A DNA stretch of 64,000 nt from assembly GCF_009914755.1 (NCBI RefSeq), contig NC_060936.1, one strand, 5' to 3'. Origin of the DNA: the human T2T-CHM13v2.0 reference genome, Homo sapiens. The translations under genes were made by a program, and so were the position numbers. Under the pieces are notes generated by a model. The model was not told where the DNA came from. It was given only the letters and a program-made list of their open reading frames with translations, and did not search any database. Positions 1-13,850 of the stretch are shown here, in pieces. Positions within the stretch are counted from its first letter, which is position 1, and each line of letters opens with the position of its first letter.

Positions 1-469
1 GCTTGGGGTCTCTGTGTTTGTGAGTGCATGTGCATGGATATGCAAGTGTTTGTATAATTTTATGAATGGAACAGAGTCCGCAGTGTGTGAAGCAAGAAAG
101 CCTGAACAATCTATTGACACAATAAAGCACTCATAATTGATGCTGTTAGTTATAGATAACTCATCATCGTTTCCTTTTTATCTTAAGGTTCCCAGGCACG
201 TTGGCTGGGAAATGTGTCATTTTATAATTGGAGTTTCACCCCGGTGGAGCAGGAATAGGATGGGATTTGGCTGTCTACTGTAACCCCATCCCCCCAAAGC
301 ATGTCTGTACTTACCGTCTGAGGAGGGTGCTTCCCCTCCTTGAGCTGATTTGCCTGTGCTGTCCAGAAGCATTGCTGGATATGATTATCCAGTAGAAAAG
401 GAGCTAATCGACAAACTTTTCACTGGCATAACGTGTCCACATTGCTCTTATTGCTCGCTAAATATAGAG

Positions 470-775
470 GTTGCCAGGACCCCTTGAAATTTTGATTCAG
501 AAGATCTGGGAGAAGCCTGAGAATATGCCTTTTTAAAAAACATGTGCTCTGAGTGATCACCTTCATGGATTTTGGGGAAGTCTTAGGTAGCAGGTCTCAA
601 CCTTCATAGGATATCAGCATCACCAGATTCTTTTGAAAAAAGTACCACTTCCTGTCCTTCTGCTCACTGCCTGCCCTAATTTGAATAACTGATCTAGGGT
701 GGTTTCCAAGTTCAGGATTTAAAAAAAAAAAAGTCTCTAGAGGTTCTTGTGTGCAGCCATAGTTGGGTACCTCCA
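470..775. mobile_element. MER5A/MER5B-like hAT-Charlie MITE fragments
   Basis: Degenerate MER5 motifs: 'tgattcagaagatctgggagaagcctgagaatatgcctttttaa' and 'ctctagaggttcttgtgtgcagccatagttgggtacc'. Confidence 0.5.
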
Positions 776-1399
776 GCCCAAGAAGTTCTGCTGATAATAT
801 CGCACCTATACATTTAATTGCACTTCACATTTTACAACTCTCTTTCACCATTGAACATCGTAACAATTCACTAAGGTCAGTAAAGCAGGCATTATTATAT
901 TGTCCTTGGCCGAGAGAGGTTGACTGAATTGCCCGAGGCTGCACAGCTTCTCCCTCAGTCAGCAGCAGCTGTTCCCTACTTGGCTCATGGCCAGTCCTGC
1001 CAGTTCTTTTGGAAGGGGCAGCCTCCACTCCCCTGAGACTCACAGGATGAAATCAATTGCCTCTCCTAGTGCTGATGCTCGCGAGGCTCTTTCTTCCCCT
1101 TCTCAGCCACATCTTTTCTACTGCAGCCACTCTTCCTGCTCAGAGGGCCTCTCTCTGAAAGGTGCAGTTGCGTTCCCCTCCCATGCTCCATCCCACTTAA
1201 CGGTTAGGTCATGGCACTGAGGGATGGACAGCTTGGAGCCTGGACAGTCCACATCCTCCACCGTGGTCTGAGGACAGAGACGTGCTGCCCCCCAGCTCCA
1301 GCCCCTTCGATGCCATCCTGCAGAAAGCACTGTGCACGCTGCATGGCAGGAGCCAGTAAAGTTCCACACCCCCATCCCAAATTCTCACATCCACCACCA

Positions 1400-1860
1400 A
1401 AGCTTCCTTCACCCCTGCATCCCACCGCGGATAACCTGAAAGCCCACCTGAGTCCTTCCTGGGAGGCGGCTGTGTGGGGCTGGAGCCCCCTGCAGTGGTG
1501 AGTCCCACTCCGGACACCTGGCCAATGGGAGCTTAACAAGGTGGCCAGCGAAAGAGAAACAGAACCCGGTAACGGCATCTGCCCCTTCCGCCATCCTCCA
1601 CCCCGCAACCCGCTGCGGGCTCAAAATCTCTCCTCATTCAAACCGAGGACTTTTGTTTCTCTTTACTGTTCCTCTCCTTGTCCAGACCTTTTCCTTCACA
1701 CAGGCTGTATCTTGGAGAGGCTCCCAGTGACTGTAGACTTCCTGTGTCAGAATCCTGCAGCCTCTGTCCCTGGGCCGCTTGGGTGGAGTGGGAGGCTGCG
1801 GGAGAAGGCGGGGTTTGCCTTGCAGGCAATGCGGGCAGGGGCGCTGCACCCAGGGAAGAG
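1400..1860. promoter_or_regulatory. CpG/GC-richer patch, possible promoter or enhancer
   Basis: Locally dense CpGs, NF-Y-like 'tggCCAATgggag' (CCAAT at 1522-1526), GC-box-like 'aggcgggg' at about 1806. Confidence 0.35.
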
Positions 1861-2819
1861 TTCCAAATGCTGATTCTCCCCATGGCCTTTACCTACCTAC
1901 CTATTCAGCAGCCTTGCAACTGAGACGAAGCCACCCCCTAGCAGACTTTTGCAGGATATCGTTCACTTTCCTCTCTCAGGCCCTGCCCACCACGGGTTGT
2001 TGGTTTTGTGAGTTGGTGTGGGGGAGTCAGCAGGGTCCTCAGTGACTTTTGATCTTTCAGCGCTGACTTTCAGGAAAGGTAAGCTCTCTGCCAACAAAGC
2101 TGGTCTCCGCTGTGCCTCCTCCTCTTATACAACAACCCTAAGTGGCTTTCCTGCCAGGTGAGAGGATTTGCAAGGACTGCGGAGGAATATGGGACCGACG
2201 AGCTCTCCTTTCTCAAAACAGAGGGAGCCTTGGTGCAGATGCACAAAGTGGTCCTTGAAGTTGCATGTGGCCCGGAGCGGCTGGCTTGGTGGATCTTTAC
2301 TGTTCTGGTTGGGCATTGTCAGGCAGCTATCAGAGGGCCCAAGAGTCCTTCACAATAACTCCTTATCACCCACAAGCAGCCAGCCAAGTTAGTACCTGCT
2401 TGACCCCGTCCTGCTGACAGTGGATTGGACCAGGGTTGAGCCTGAGAGCCAGCCAGCATGAGCCTCTTTCCTAGAAACCGTTAGTCAGGAAAAAAACGTT
2501 CTGGTTCAGTCTGGGCTAGCCTCTCTATGGGAGAGATGGAAAACCTCCCAGCCATGGGAGCTGGAAGGGGTCGGATCCATCCTCCAGCTCCGCTTTCTCC
2601 TTTTGTAAATGCCAAAAAGAATTGGGGTCCTGAGTGATGACTTGATTGGCCCAAGGCCACGTGGCTACTATGACTACTTTATAACAGAGCTGGATTTTGG
2701 AGTCCAGTGTGTTAATTCACTTACTCCCTTGGCTAAGACACAGAGCTTCTGAAAATAATCTCTTATGAGAGCTTCCATTCAGCTCAGACTTTGAAGAAAT
2801 GATAGTTCTTGCATACTAT

Positions 2820-3010
2820 ATACAGAGAGAGCACAGGTCTCAGTATCAGACTGATCTGGGCTCAAACCCTGGCTCTCCGAGTCACTAGTATTGAGATCTT
2901 GGGCACATTTCTCATACACCTTGTGTTCCTCCAGTATAAAATGGGGATCACTCTGGTCTCACAGAAACATGGTGAGGGTGTTCTATTGAGTAGAAGATAC
3001 GCTTAGCAAA
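2820..3010 (+). mobile_element. MIR SINE
   Basis: MIR core-like 'ctgggctcaaaccctggctct...gtataaaatggggat'. Confidence 0.6.
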
Positions 3011-4156
3011 TACTCATTGCTAAATAAAACAAGGCTTCCTGGTCAAAATGAGTAATAGCTCTCTCCTTCCTAGTGCTCTGATTCTGAAGATGGTGTAGTT
3101 GTGGAATTATTTAGTGCCCTCATGTTTGTGGTTGGGACCAGAGAACAGGGGCCTTTCTTTTGCTTTTCTTCAGACCCCGAGAGCCTGGGTGTCATCAGTC
3201 AGCCCACGACCATCCCTTGTGGGCTTGGGAAAACTCAGACAGAGAGGGAAATGTGAGACTCTGGCAATGTGAAAAAAACAAGTACCTCTCTATTACTTAT
3301 TTTCTAGTCTTGTGAAGTTTGTTCAACCTACAACCCAGCATTGATTCAAGGCCTCCTCTGTGACCCCACCCCAGCGGCAGTGCGCCCACTGGGTAAGATA
3401 AAGTGAGAGGTGCAGGGACGCACAGGTAGAAGGAGATCCTTCAGGCCTGGTCACATCTGAGGTTATGGGGCGGTGGCCTGATACTCCTGAGACAATACGC
3501 TTTTTGATACTCTTTTGAGGGTGGCTGCAGAGGACATTGGCTTGTACCTCTGGCCCCTCTGTTCATTCTTCACCTCATAGAATGAACATTTGCAGGCCTG
3601 CATTGAGACACTGTTTTGTCCTTGTTATGTGCTTCATGCCCTAAATCACCACATCAGAATTCAATTCCTAGTCACTCACCTGTCTCCAGAACAAATCCCT
3701 ATGGAATATCCATCTTTCTAGACCCAGAGAGGGTCCTGCCTCTCTCAACCCTCCCTCTCTCCTCATGACTCGAAATCCTAAATCTCCTTCAAAGACCACC
3801 TAGCTCATATCCAGCTCTTCATGAAGTCTTTATGTGGACTGGACCACTCCTTTTGCACTCAGCAGAGGTTACCTTGTGTTGCTGTACATTTTTAGACTGT
3901 AAGAGTCCTTTCTAGAGATACATGTGCCACCAAACCCTCACCTCAGGGGGGTCAACAACCTAGTTGAAAATACGTCTTAAGTGTAGTTGGGCTGCCATTT
4001 TCTTGAAGGCAGGGCCCTGTCTCATCGTTTTTATTCCTCAGAGCACAATATCAGGGAACTATAGGCTGCATGTAACAGTGGCATTAAAAAAAGAGAATAT
4101 TTTTTATCTCATATGAAATGGAGTCTTGAGGAAGGACAGCTTCAGGATTCGTAATG

Positions 4157-4617
4157 CATCAGTTAGCTATTGTGACATAGCTAACCAATTAAAAACCGAA
4201 AAGTTTGAAACACCACCATTACTTTATAGCTCCCAATTCAAGCAGGTCAGCAATTTTGGCTGGGCTCAGCTGGGCAGCTCTTCTGGTCTCACCTGTGCTT
4301 CCTCATGCATCTGTGATCCCTCATGCATCTGTGGTCATCTCTAGGTTGATCAGGTGGTGCTGCTGGGGGTTGTGTGGCTGTTGGCCAGGGAGCCTCAGTA
4401 TCCTGCCCATGTTGCTCCCATGTCTCTAGCAGGGCAGCCTGGAGTATCCCTCTTGAGACGAGATTTGGAGTTGGTGCAGTCACTTCTGCTGCAGTGCTGT
4501 TGACTAAGACTCAGTAATGAGGAAATAGACTCTGCCTCTTCGTGGGAGGAGCTTCAAGGTCACATTGCCAAGGGCAGGTGGAGCATTGGAAGCATTTTTT
4601 GTAGTGGGTCTGCCATA
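4157..4617 (-). mobile_element. MLT1F/G/H-type MaLR LTR
   Basis: 'atcagttagctattg...gcaattttggctgggctcagctgggcag...gtcacattgccaaggg'. Confidence 0.6.
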
Positions 4618-4899
4618 GCCAATGATGTTAGGGCTTGAAGAAGTCTGTTCTTAGGACTTGCTTGGCTTTTTGCCTCATGCTCACAGATGGCAGCAGCAGT
4701 TCCAAGCATCATGTCCTCACACAACAGTGTGTGAAGGCAGGAAGGGTTGAGCCTAAGGATGAGGAAAACTTCCCCAGCTGTCTCCTATGAGCCTTTCCTT
4801 AGGCTGTGGTTAGGGCGGGGCTGTCCTAACCAGAATAGACCAACGGCTAGGATTACCATGATTAACTTAGAGTCATCCCTAGGCTGGGAGGGACTTGTC

Positions 4900-5267
<368 letters not shown>

Positions 5268-6160
5268 TGAAGTGTTGGCTTCCAGAAACCTGAACAAAAT
5301 TGGGGTTCTGAGAGCACAAAGGCAGTAGTGAGGGGTGACAGCTGGGTTGGGAACCGGTAGGGTGCAGAAGAAGAAACTTACGTCGTGTCTTGTACCCACT
5401 TATTTTTTTAAATAGACATTGATATTAAGCCTATAATGTGTGAGGCACTAGAGAATTAAAGGTGAGCAAAACTTTAATCTTCTAAGAAGGTCATGTCTAG
5501 ATGGCAGATACGAGTAAACAGCTGACTGAAGTACAATGGTGGTAAATGGTAGAAGCGGGGGCTTGGGGATTTAGGGCAGACTTTCAGGGCTTATGTGAGG
5601 GCTCAGATCCTGCCCTGCTGTTCATGCCGTATCACCAGTGGGTTCTGACAGTAAAGACCAATGCAGGCAGCAAGGTACCACTTTATTAGTATCTAAAGCA
5701 GGACCCAGCTACCTGCAATTCAGGGCTCTCCAGTAAAAGACTGAGTTGAAACCCGCAACTGGGACTACAGGCCAAAGTGGGGTCTCCTACTCTCATCGAC
5801 CTTGGAGCCAAAATCTGTGACAAGCTCTTTTACAGCTGACTTTCAGGAGGGTGAGAGAACAAGACCCAAAAGTGGTTCTAAGCCCTCTTACCCAGCTGAT
5901 TTCATGGAGTGAGAATCATACGGACAGAAAGGAAAGGTGCCCGGTCTGACCCAAGGGACCAGGGACTGAAAAGCAAGCTGGTTTTGAGGACTGACCTAAG
6001 GCACAACAACTCTGTTAACTAGTAAAATGTAGCCTAACCAATGTATTGGGTTCAACTGTTGGGACTGGGAATTTAGCATTCTTGGAGTCTATATAGGAGG
6101 GAAGCTAATAAATGCAAAATGTAACTGAGTACTCCCATTTTTCTAAGAAACAGAGAATGA

Positions 6161-6478
6161 TTTTTTTTTTTTTTTTTTGAGACAGAGTCTTGCTCTGTCG
6201 CCCAGGCTGGAGTGCAGTGGCGCGATCTCTGCTCACTGCAAGCTCTGCCTCCTGGGTACACACCATTCTCCTGCCTTCACACCATTCTCCTGCCTCAGCC
6301 TCCCGAGTAGCTGGGACTACAGGCACCCGCCACTGCGCCTGGCTAATTTTTTGTATTTTTAGTAGAGACGGGGTTTCACCGTGTTAGCCAGGATGGTCTC
6401 GATCTCCTGACCTTGTGATCCGCCCGCCTCAGCCTCCCAAAGTGCTGGGATTACGGGCTTGAGCCACCACACCTGGCC
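6161..6478 (-). mobile_element. AluY with an internal 19-nt tandem duplication
   Basis: AluY diagnostics ('gcaagctc', 'ccgtgttagccaggatgg'); TSD 'agaatgattttt'. Confidence 0.95.
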
Positions 6479-6953
6479 AAGAATGATTTTTTTTAAATTA
6501 TTTTTTTCTTTCCTTTTTTTTCCTCCATTTCTCCCTGTTCCCACTTCCTACTTAGCCCTTTATAAATGTAATTCTAACCTTTACCTTCCCTTCAGCAGAC
6601 ACTCCCTATAGGGCTATTTCATCTAACTATGCGCTTAGAAGTTCCAGAGTGGAACTCTCCCACCAGGAGACTTCCTCATGGGACAACAGTCAACCTCCAA
6701 CCCAAAGTTGCTTGTTAGGAAACTCTCTCCCACCTGGAGAGTCTTGGCTACCTTGAACAACCTAGTCCTGCCCACAAAGACATCAACTCAGCTGTCTGAT
6801 AGATAAGGCACCGAAGCCAATATGTGTACCCCGACCTGCTGGTTTCCTCTCCTGCATGTCATTCATGCTAGGCCCCCTTCAAAAAGAACCTTCTTTCTGT
6901 TCCAAAAGCAAAGTGGTGCCCTTAAGGCAGGAAGCCTGTACTTCTTCCCCTAA

Positions 6954-7291
<338 letters not shown>

Positions 7292-7439
7292 AAAAGTCAC
7301 TGTCTTTATACCAGACCTCACTCTTGTTGATTGGACTCTTCCTGCAGTGAATAGATCAGGTGGACTCTGCAGTAAGTGATACTGTGAAGGCAGGTAACAG
7401 GTGGTCTGGGTAAGTGAGGAAGAACAACAAATTCTTCTT

Positions 7440-7800
7440 TGGCACTGGAGGGGGTCAGGGAGGGTTTCCCAGGGGAATTAACACTTCAGCAGGGCCTTGG
7501 AAGATGACTTGGAATTTTCATTGTTGAAAATAAAATTCTTAATAAAAGAAATGGCTTGAACAAAGGTATGGGGGTCAAGAATAGGATGCTGTGTTCAAGG
7601 AGCTAGGAGCTTGGGATATATGGAGTGAGAGAAAGGGTGCAGGAAAGGCTAGAAAAATAAGTTGGACTCAAGATTGCGAAGAGTCATGAAGCTGCTTAGA
7701 AGTGGGATTCATTCTGAAGGCCATGGGAGCAAGCAGGAGTTTTAGATCAAAGTGACATGCTCAGGTCACATTTAGGAATGATGCCTCCGGCTGAAGCAAG
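7440..7800 (-). mobile_element. L2 fragment
   Basis: Degenerate L2 pattern 'gctgtgttcaaggagc...attctgaaggccatggg...gtgacatgctcaggtcacatttagg'. Confidence 0.5.
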
Positions 7801-7933
7801 ATGGGAGTGCGACAGACTAGCATTGAGGGCACCCAGTGGGAGCAGTGTCTGATATAGCCAGTTGCAGGGAGACATGCCCGGGTGGCTCGCCTAGGAGAAA
7901 TATTTTATCATTGACATTGCTTATAATTGCTAG

Positions 7934-8730
7934 TGATATTGCGGAATATATATTTGGTCTTCATCCTGTTTCCTGGCATAGGGATCTCCAGAGTGATTTC
8001 TTTTTGTATGTCAATGAGTTTAATGATGGCTGGCAGCCCCTGGATAGCTTCAGGACAGTGGCTGGTCACTGAAAAGACCAAGGCAGGATTATAGGGCTGG
8101 AACTTTCAATCCTGCCCCCCACAAGGGGTGAGGGGCTGAAGGTCAAGGCAATCATCAATGGCCAGTGGTTAAATCAATCATGCCTATGTAATGAAGCCTC
8201 CATAAAAACTCCAAAAAGGACTGGTTTCAAAGAGCTTCTGGATAGCTGAACACATTGAGGTTCCTAGAAGGTGGCACACCCCAATAGGGCATAGAAGCTC
8301 CGTGTCTCTTCTCCATACCTTGCCCTGTACATCTCTTCATCACTATCCTTTGTAATAAACCCATAAATGTAAGTAAGTTTCCTGAGTTCTGTGAGCCACT
8401 CTAGCAAATTAAGCAAACCCACGGAGGGGGTCATGGCAACTCCAGTGTATAAAACCAGTCCCTCAGAAGCACAGGCAAAACAACCTGGGGCTTGTGACTG
8501 GCACTGGAAGTTGGGGGCAGTCTTGTGGGGCTGAGCCCTCAACCTGTGGGATCTGATGCTGTCTCCAGGTAGACAGCATCAGAATGGAATTGGAGGACAC
8601 TGGCTGGTATCTGCTGCAATTGCTTGCATGTTGGTGGGGAGGAATCCCCAAAGATTTTATCACAGAAATCTGTGCTGATTGTTGTGGTGTGAGAGCAGAG
8701 GAAGAAGTTTGTGTTTTTTGTCTACTCACA
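7934..8730 (+). mobile_element. MER21-family solo LTR
   Basis: 'aatcaatcatgcctatgtaatgaagcctccataaaaac' and 'gggctgagccctcaacctgtgggatctgatgc' match MER21B/C. Confidence 0.8.
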
Positions 8731-9659
8731 GACGCATATGGAAATAAAAAGCAATCAATTTTTGGCCAGTATTATTGTTTTAATGTCCTCTGTGGACAAT
8801 GCAACCCTTTATTGCCTGTGTGGGTACAGACTGCTCTCCACACACTCCTCGTTGCTCTACCTGTGGGAGGCTTTTATGGTAACCCAAGCAGAAGAGGCTA
8901 CAGTCACTTACTGAGCATCTGCTGGGAGTGCATGGATAGACTGCCTGAGTGTGGGCTCTGCAGCTCAGAGGTGGTTTGAAGAGAGCCTTTGTATTTGGGT
9001 GCTGCTGCGCTAGACTGCAGAGACCGCTCTCCAAGTGTTCCACTCTGAGAGAGTAGAAAATAAGCACACCCACTAAGAGGGCATAAGGTGGGGAGGGATG
9101 GGGTGGTTATCATCATCTGACTGCCTTCGGCTGCAGGGTCTCATAAGTTCCACCTCCTGTGGCCATGGCCAGAGTGGCACCCCCTTGACCCTCTCCCAGA
9201 GCTTAAGAACCCCTTCCTCAGACGTTTGGAGGGGATGGTAAGGAACACTGTCTCTTTTGTTCTTGGGATGTCCTCCATAAAAATTTCAGAGCTGCCTGGG
9301 AATCAAGTTGAGTGGAGATGTTTGACGAATAGGTTTATTCAGAAACAAACCTAAAGCTTTGCCTGCAGCCTCGTGGCTCCTGGCTTGTCTAGGAGCCCTG
9401 CTCCCTGCCTTTGATACTGGGAGGTGGTAGCATGGCACCTTACACACACTGGGGGCTACCAAGGAGTTTACAGCGTGATACTGTTTGCAGAGCAGTGACT
9501 GAAGACAGCTGCTTTTCTTGACCTCTTATTGCTTTTCAAGTGTAGCCTACATGAAATGGGATATGATGGTCCAGTTTACTCAGTCGCCTCTGAAAAATGA
9601 GAAACTCTGTTATGTCTATTTGCTGTTTACCTGCTGCCTGATTTTGAACAGAACACATA

Positions 9660-10040
9660 ACCTATCTGCCATAACTAAATACCATACACTTGGAGGCTTC
9701 AATAACAGAGACTTATTTTTTAACTGCTGTGGTGGCTAGAAATCCGTCATCAAGGTGTCAGCAAATTGGTTTCTGGTGAGGGCTCTCTTCCTGGCTTGCA
9801 GATGGCTTCCTTCTCACTGAGGATGCACATGGCCTTTCCTCTGTGCACAGAGTGAGAAAGAGCTCCAGTGTCTCTCCCCTTTTTATGAGGTCACCAATCC
9901 CATGGGACTAGGGCCCCACCCTTATGACCTCATGTAACCTTAACTACTTCCTTAGAGGTCCATCTTCAAATACAGGCATCCTGAGGTGTAGGGCTTCAGC
10001 ATGTGAGTTTTGAGGAAACACAAACATTGGTCCATAATAC
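9660..10040 (-). mobile_element. MLT1A-type MaLR LTR
   Basis: 'gccataactaaataccat...tctggtgagggctctcttcctggcttgcagatgg...acacaaacatt...ccataata'. Confidence 0.8.
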
Positions 10041-10220
10041 ATATCCTTAAAGATATTCTCCTGCTCTGACTGCTTTCATAGGCTCTCAGGAGTTCAGGCA
10101 TAATATGCACAAAAAAGCAGGCAAAGTCTGCTTATGCATAGAATAATAAAGTTTGTGCATTGAACTCAAAAGCTTAAGGAAGACTTGGTTTAAAGATTTA
10201 TAATCTTAATAAATTGAATG

Positions 10221-10656
10221 TAGTTGACCTGTAAACAACATGGGTTTAAACTGCATGAGTCACTTATGCATGGATTTTCTTCTGCTTCTGCCACCCCGGG
10301 AACAGCAAGACCAACCCTTCCTCTTCCTCCTCTCCTCAGCCTACTCGGTGTGAAGACAATGAGGATGAAGACCTTTACGATGATACACTTCCACTTAATA
10401 ACCAGTAACTATATTTTCTCTTCCTTATTATTTTCCTAACATTTTCTTTTCTCTAGCTTACTTTATTGTAAGAATATACTACATAATACATATAACATAC
10501 AAAATATGTGTTAAATGACTTTTTATGTCATCAGCAAGGCTTCTAGTCGACAGTAGGTTATTAGTAGTTAAGTTTTGGGGGAGTCAAAAGTTTTATGCAA
10601 ATTTTCAACCGCTCAGGGGTCGGCACCCCTAATCCCAAGTTGTTCAAAGTCAACCA
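10221..10656 (+). mobile_element. Tigger2a (MER28) DNA transposon
   Basis: TIRs 'agttgacc...aacaac' / 'gttgttcaaagtcaac'; internal 'gaagacaatgaggatgaagacctttacgatgat'. Confidence 0.85.
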
Positions 10657-11235
10657 TATTTATTTATCAAAGCAATGTATTTTCTAAATAACTATTCAGG
10701 AAACAAAAGCCACCTTGTGGAAACATAAAAAGTGCCCATTGACATGTATGTATACATGCATAGAAAAAAGACTGGAAGTATGTTAATAATAATAGTCATA
10801 GCTAGCAGTTACAGAACACTGTGCCTTATATTAACATTGTCTTAAATCCTCCCATTATGGAGTAGCTTCAATTATAATTCCCATTTATCAGAGGAGGCCA
10901 CCAAGCAATTGGCTTAAGACCAAGTTTGTGTGACTCCAAAGGCAAAGTGCTTTTTTTTCTGGGTAGAAGGGACATTCACAATTTTTTGTTTCTTTTTTAT
11001 AGTTTTCTGAAGTCAGTGAATTATTTTTAATGACTGTGTACTTTTTCTTTTGGAAGAGAAAAAACTTCCATCATGAAAAGTTATAATGGATGGCTATGGT
11101 AAGAGGCAAACAGAGAAAAGAAATGATAAACTCTATATGAAAGGGTTTATGTCACTCCTGAGTATTCCAGTTGGAGAAAGAAGCAGTTGATTTGGGCATA
11201 AAATGGTATTTTGTTTGCATTTCATTGATGATGAT

Positions 11236-11240
<5 letters not shown>

Positions 11241-11286
<46 letters not shown>
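11241..11286. repeat. (TCTA)11 tetranucleotide microsatellite
   Basis: Perfect TCTA run read directly. Confidence 0.98.
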
Positions 11287-11287
<1 letters not shown>

Positions 11288-11340
11288 CCTCTTAAAGATA
11301 AAGTGACGCTTGAGAGTGTCTGGACTATTTTCCTGTAAGT

Positions 11341-11522
11341 AACAACCCCAACAAAAAGTGGGCAAAAGACCTGAACAGACACTTTTCCAAAGAAGGCATG
11401 CACGTGGTCAATAAGCACATGAAAAAAGCTCAATATCACTCATCATTAGAGAAATGCAAATCAAACCCACAATGAGATACCATCTCACACCAGCCAGAAT
11501 GGCTATTACTAAAAAGCATAAA
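11341..11522 (+). mobile_element. Isolated L1P ORF2 3' fragment
   Basis: 'aaaaagtgggcaaaagacctgaacagacac...acaatgagataccatctcacaccag' is L1 ORF2 C-terminal sequence. Confidence 0.9.
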
Positions 11523-13053
11523 CTGTAGCCCTAACTTGTTGCATGCCACTTCTTTACCTCCTGGGAATGAATGCACAGGGCTCTGTTGACAAATCTGCGG
11601 GAAGTAGAAAATTTTACCAAGCTCAAGGTTTTAAGGAATGACACGTTCCACATCAATCACAGACATGGCAGAATGCTTGGGAAACATCTGTTGAGCCTAA
11701 CTCCAATGAGACTGAGATGGTCAGTGGTACACACTGGGTCAGCAAGAAGGATGGTTCAGATTCTGGTCCCAGAATTCCCTGCTGATGTGGCATAGCCCAA
11801 GCTCTGGGGAGTGGAGCCCATTTAGGGATGTGTCCCCCAATAGCAAGCTATTGCCAGAGACTGATTGGAGGCAGAGGATAGGGTGTTTTTAAAGTGCACA
11901 CAAGGAAGATTCTCAATTGTATTATATTGTGAACACAAAAATTTAGGACTCCCCGTGTTGATTGCAGCTTGTGTCTGAGGGGAGCTTATTTAAGGAAGAC
12001 AACCTGATAGTCTTACTCCTTAGAAGGAACTTTAAAGAATATTTGGTTGATCATATAGTCCTGATAAGCAGGAAGAAAAAGAAAGGATGAATTTAAACTC
12101 ATTTTACTCAGCAAAGGGTGACATTAATACTGGATTATCAGTCAGTACCTAATTGCACAAGGAGTATAAACAAGTGGTGCTCAACATTGGATGTTCAAAT
12201 TTAGAATCCCCTAATGCCCTCATCTTATGCTGAATTTAGAATCGTGTGCGTTAGCTGACAGATGAGCATTCTCATGGTGGCCCCATCAGCCAGCCAGTAT
12301 CACCATCTTTTCTGTGTAATAATGCTGTATGTATAATAATTTGGCAATTTATTAAGATTATAAAATAAATAATAAAGATTTAATAAGATTGATTTAATCT
12401 TATTTTTGGCAGTTTTTTTGTCCTTATTTTATAAAAGTGAGAAGAAAATAGAGACATCTACAGCACAAAGCATAGTTGTTAAAACTTAATAGACTTGAGG
12501 CAAGATGAAAATCATTAGATTTACCTAAAGTGCTCTATCAGATGTTCAGTGGAATTCAGTCAATTGAATATGTATTGAAGTGCAGAGGAAGGTAACGTAT
12601 TTAAAGATCATGTGTGAAGTGTTGGAAATATACCATCGATGATTATGTCTAAAAGGCAAACTGTGAAGGAGGGTTTTGTACCATGTTAGCTTGCCGGCAT
12701 AGAAACTCATACAACACATGATCTTTTGCACACTTTCTGTCAGTCAATTTCCATTTCCAGAAATTTAAATTTTATATCTAAAAATGGGGACTGGTAATAT
12801 AGAGAGGAGAGAGGGAAGCAGGGCATTCAAAGAAAAAACATGCGATCTCCAAGTTGTAGAATTTTATGGTAGAGATGAGACAGGTGAATAAAATGTTATT
12901 TAAACCAAAGCAATACATACTGGTTATTGCCATAGTAAAGAATAGTGTTTCATACCAATTTTTCAGCATATATGTATTGAGGTCCTCCTGTCTTCTAGGC
13001 ACTGGGGATATAGAGATAAATGAAACAAAAGATTTCTTCCTTTTATGGAGCTT

Positions 13054-13055
<2 letters not shown>

Positions 13056-13103
<48 letters not shown>
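13056..13103. repeat. (GT)24 microsatellite
   Basis: Perfect GT run. Confidence 0.98.
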
Positions 13104-13104
<1 letters not shown>

Positions 13105-13475
13105 TGCTGATGAGGAGGAGGAGTGGAAGGAGATGTTAATCCATTAAGCCCAAATGTAAAATTGCCACTGCGCATATGTTACTAGGAACTGATACCCACA
13201 AAACTGCTATGAAAGTCCAAATTAGGGACATTTAACTCAATGACATTTTAGCTGATATTTGAATAACTAACAGGAGTTAAATAGTCAAAGGAGGTAGAAA
13301 CCACATTCCAGGGAGAGGGGACAATATATCCAAAGACCCCATGATGACAGAAACATGGTAAGTATGAGCACGGTGAGCCTGGAGCTAGGTCCACAGGTGA
13401 GGAGTTTTATCTTCAGCCTTGGAGCCACAGGATGAATGCCTTAGGTGAGTTTCAAGTGGTGGGGTGGTGAAATGG

Positions 13476-13850
13476 TTTAGTAGTTCTCACACTGCTATAA
13501 AGAGCTATCTGAGACTTGGTAATTTATGAAGAAAAGAGGTTTAATTGACTCACTGTTCCACAGGCTATACAGGAAACATGACTGGAGAGGCTTCAGGAAA
13601 CTTACAGTCATGGTGAAAGGGTGAATGAGAAGCAACCATGTCTTCACGTGGCGGCAGGACAGAGAGAGAGCAAAAGGGGAAGTGCTACACACTTTCAAAC
13701 AATCAGATCTCATGAGAACTCACTATCATGAGAACAGCAAGGGGGAAATCCACCCCCATGATCCAATCACTTCCCACCAGGTTCCGCCCCCAACATTGGG
13801 GATTACAATTCAACATGAGATTTGAGTGGGGACATAGCCTAACTATATCA
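13476..13850 (-). mobile_element. THE1D-like MaLR solo LTR
   Basis: THE1/MST LTR sequence ending '...actatatca'; 5-bp TSD 'aatgg' at 13471-13475 and 13851-13855. Confidence 0.88.

Noticed and set aside
307-460. Minus-strand exon ending at a strong donor 'ACG|gtaagt' (about 315)
   Set aside because: The acceptor is weak, there is no supported reading frame, and a lone donor consensus is common by chance.
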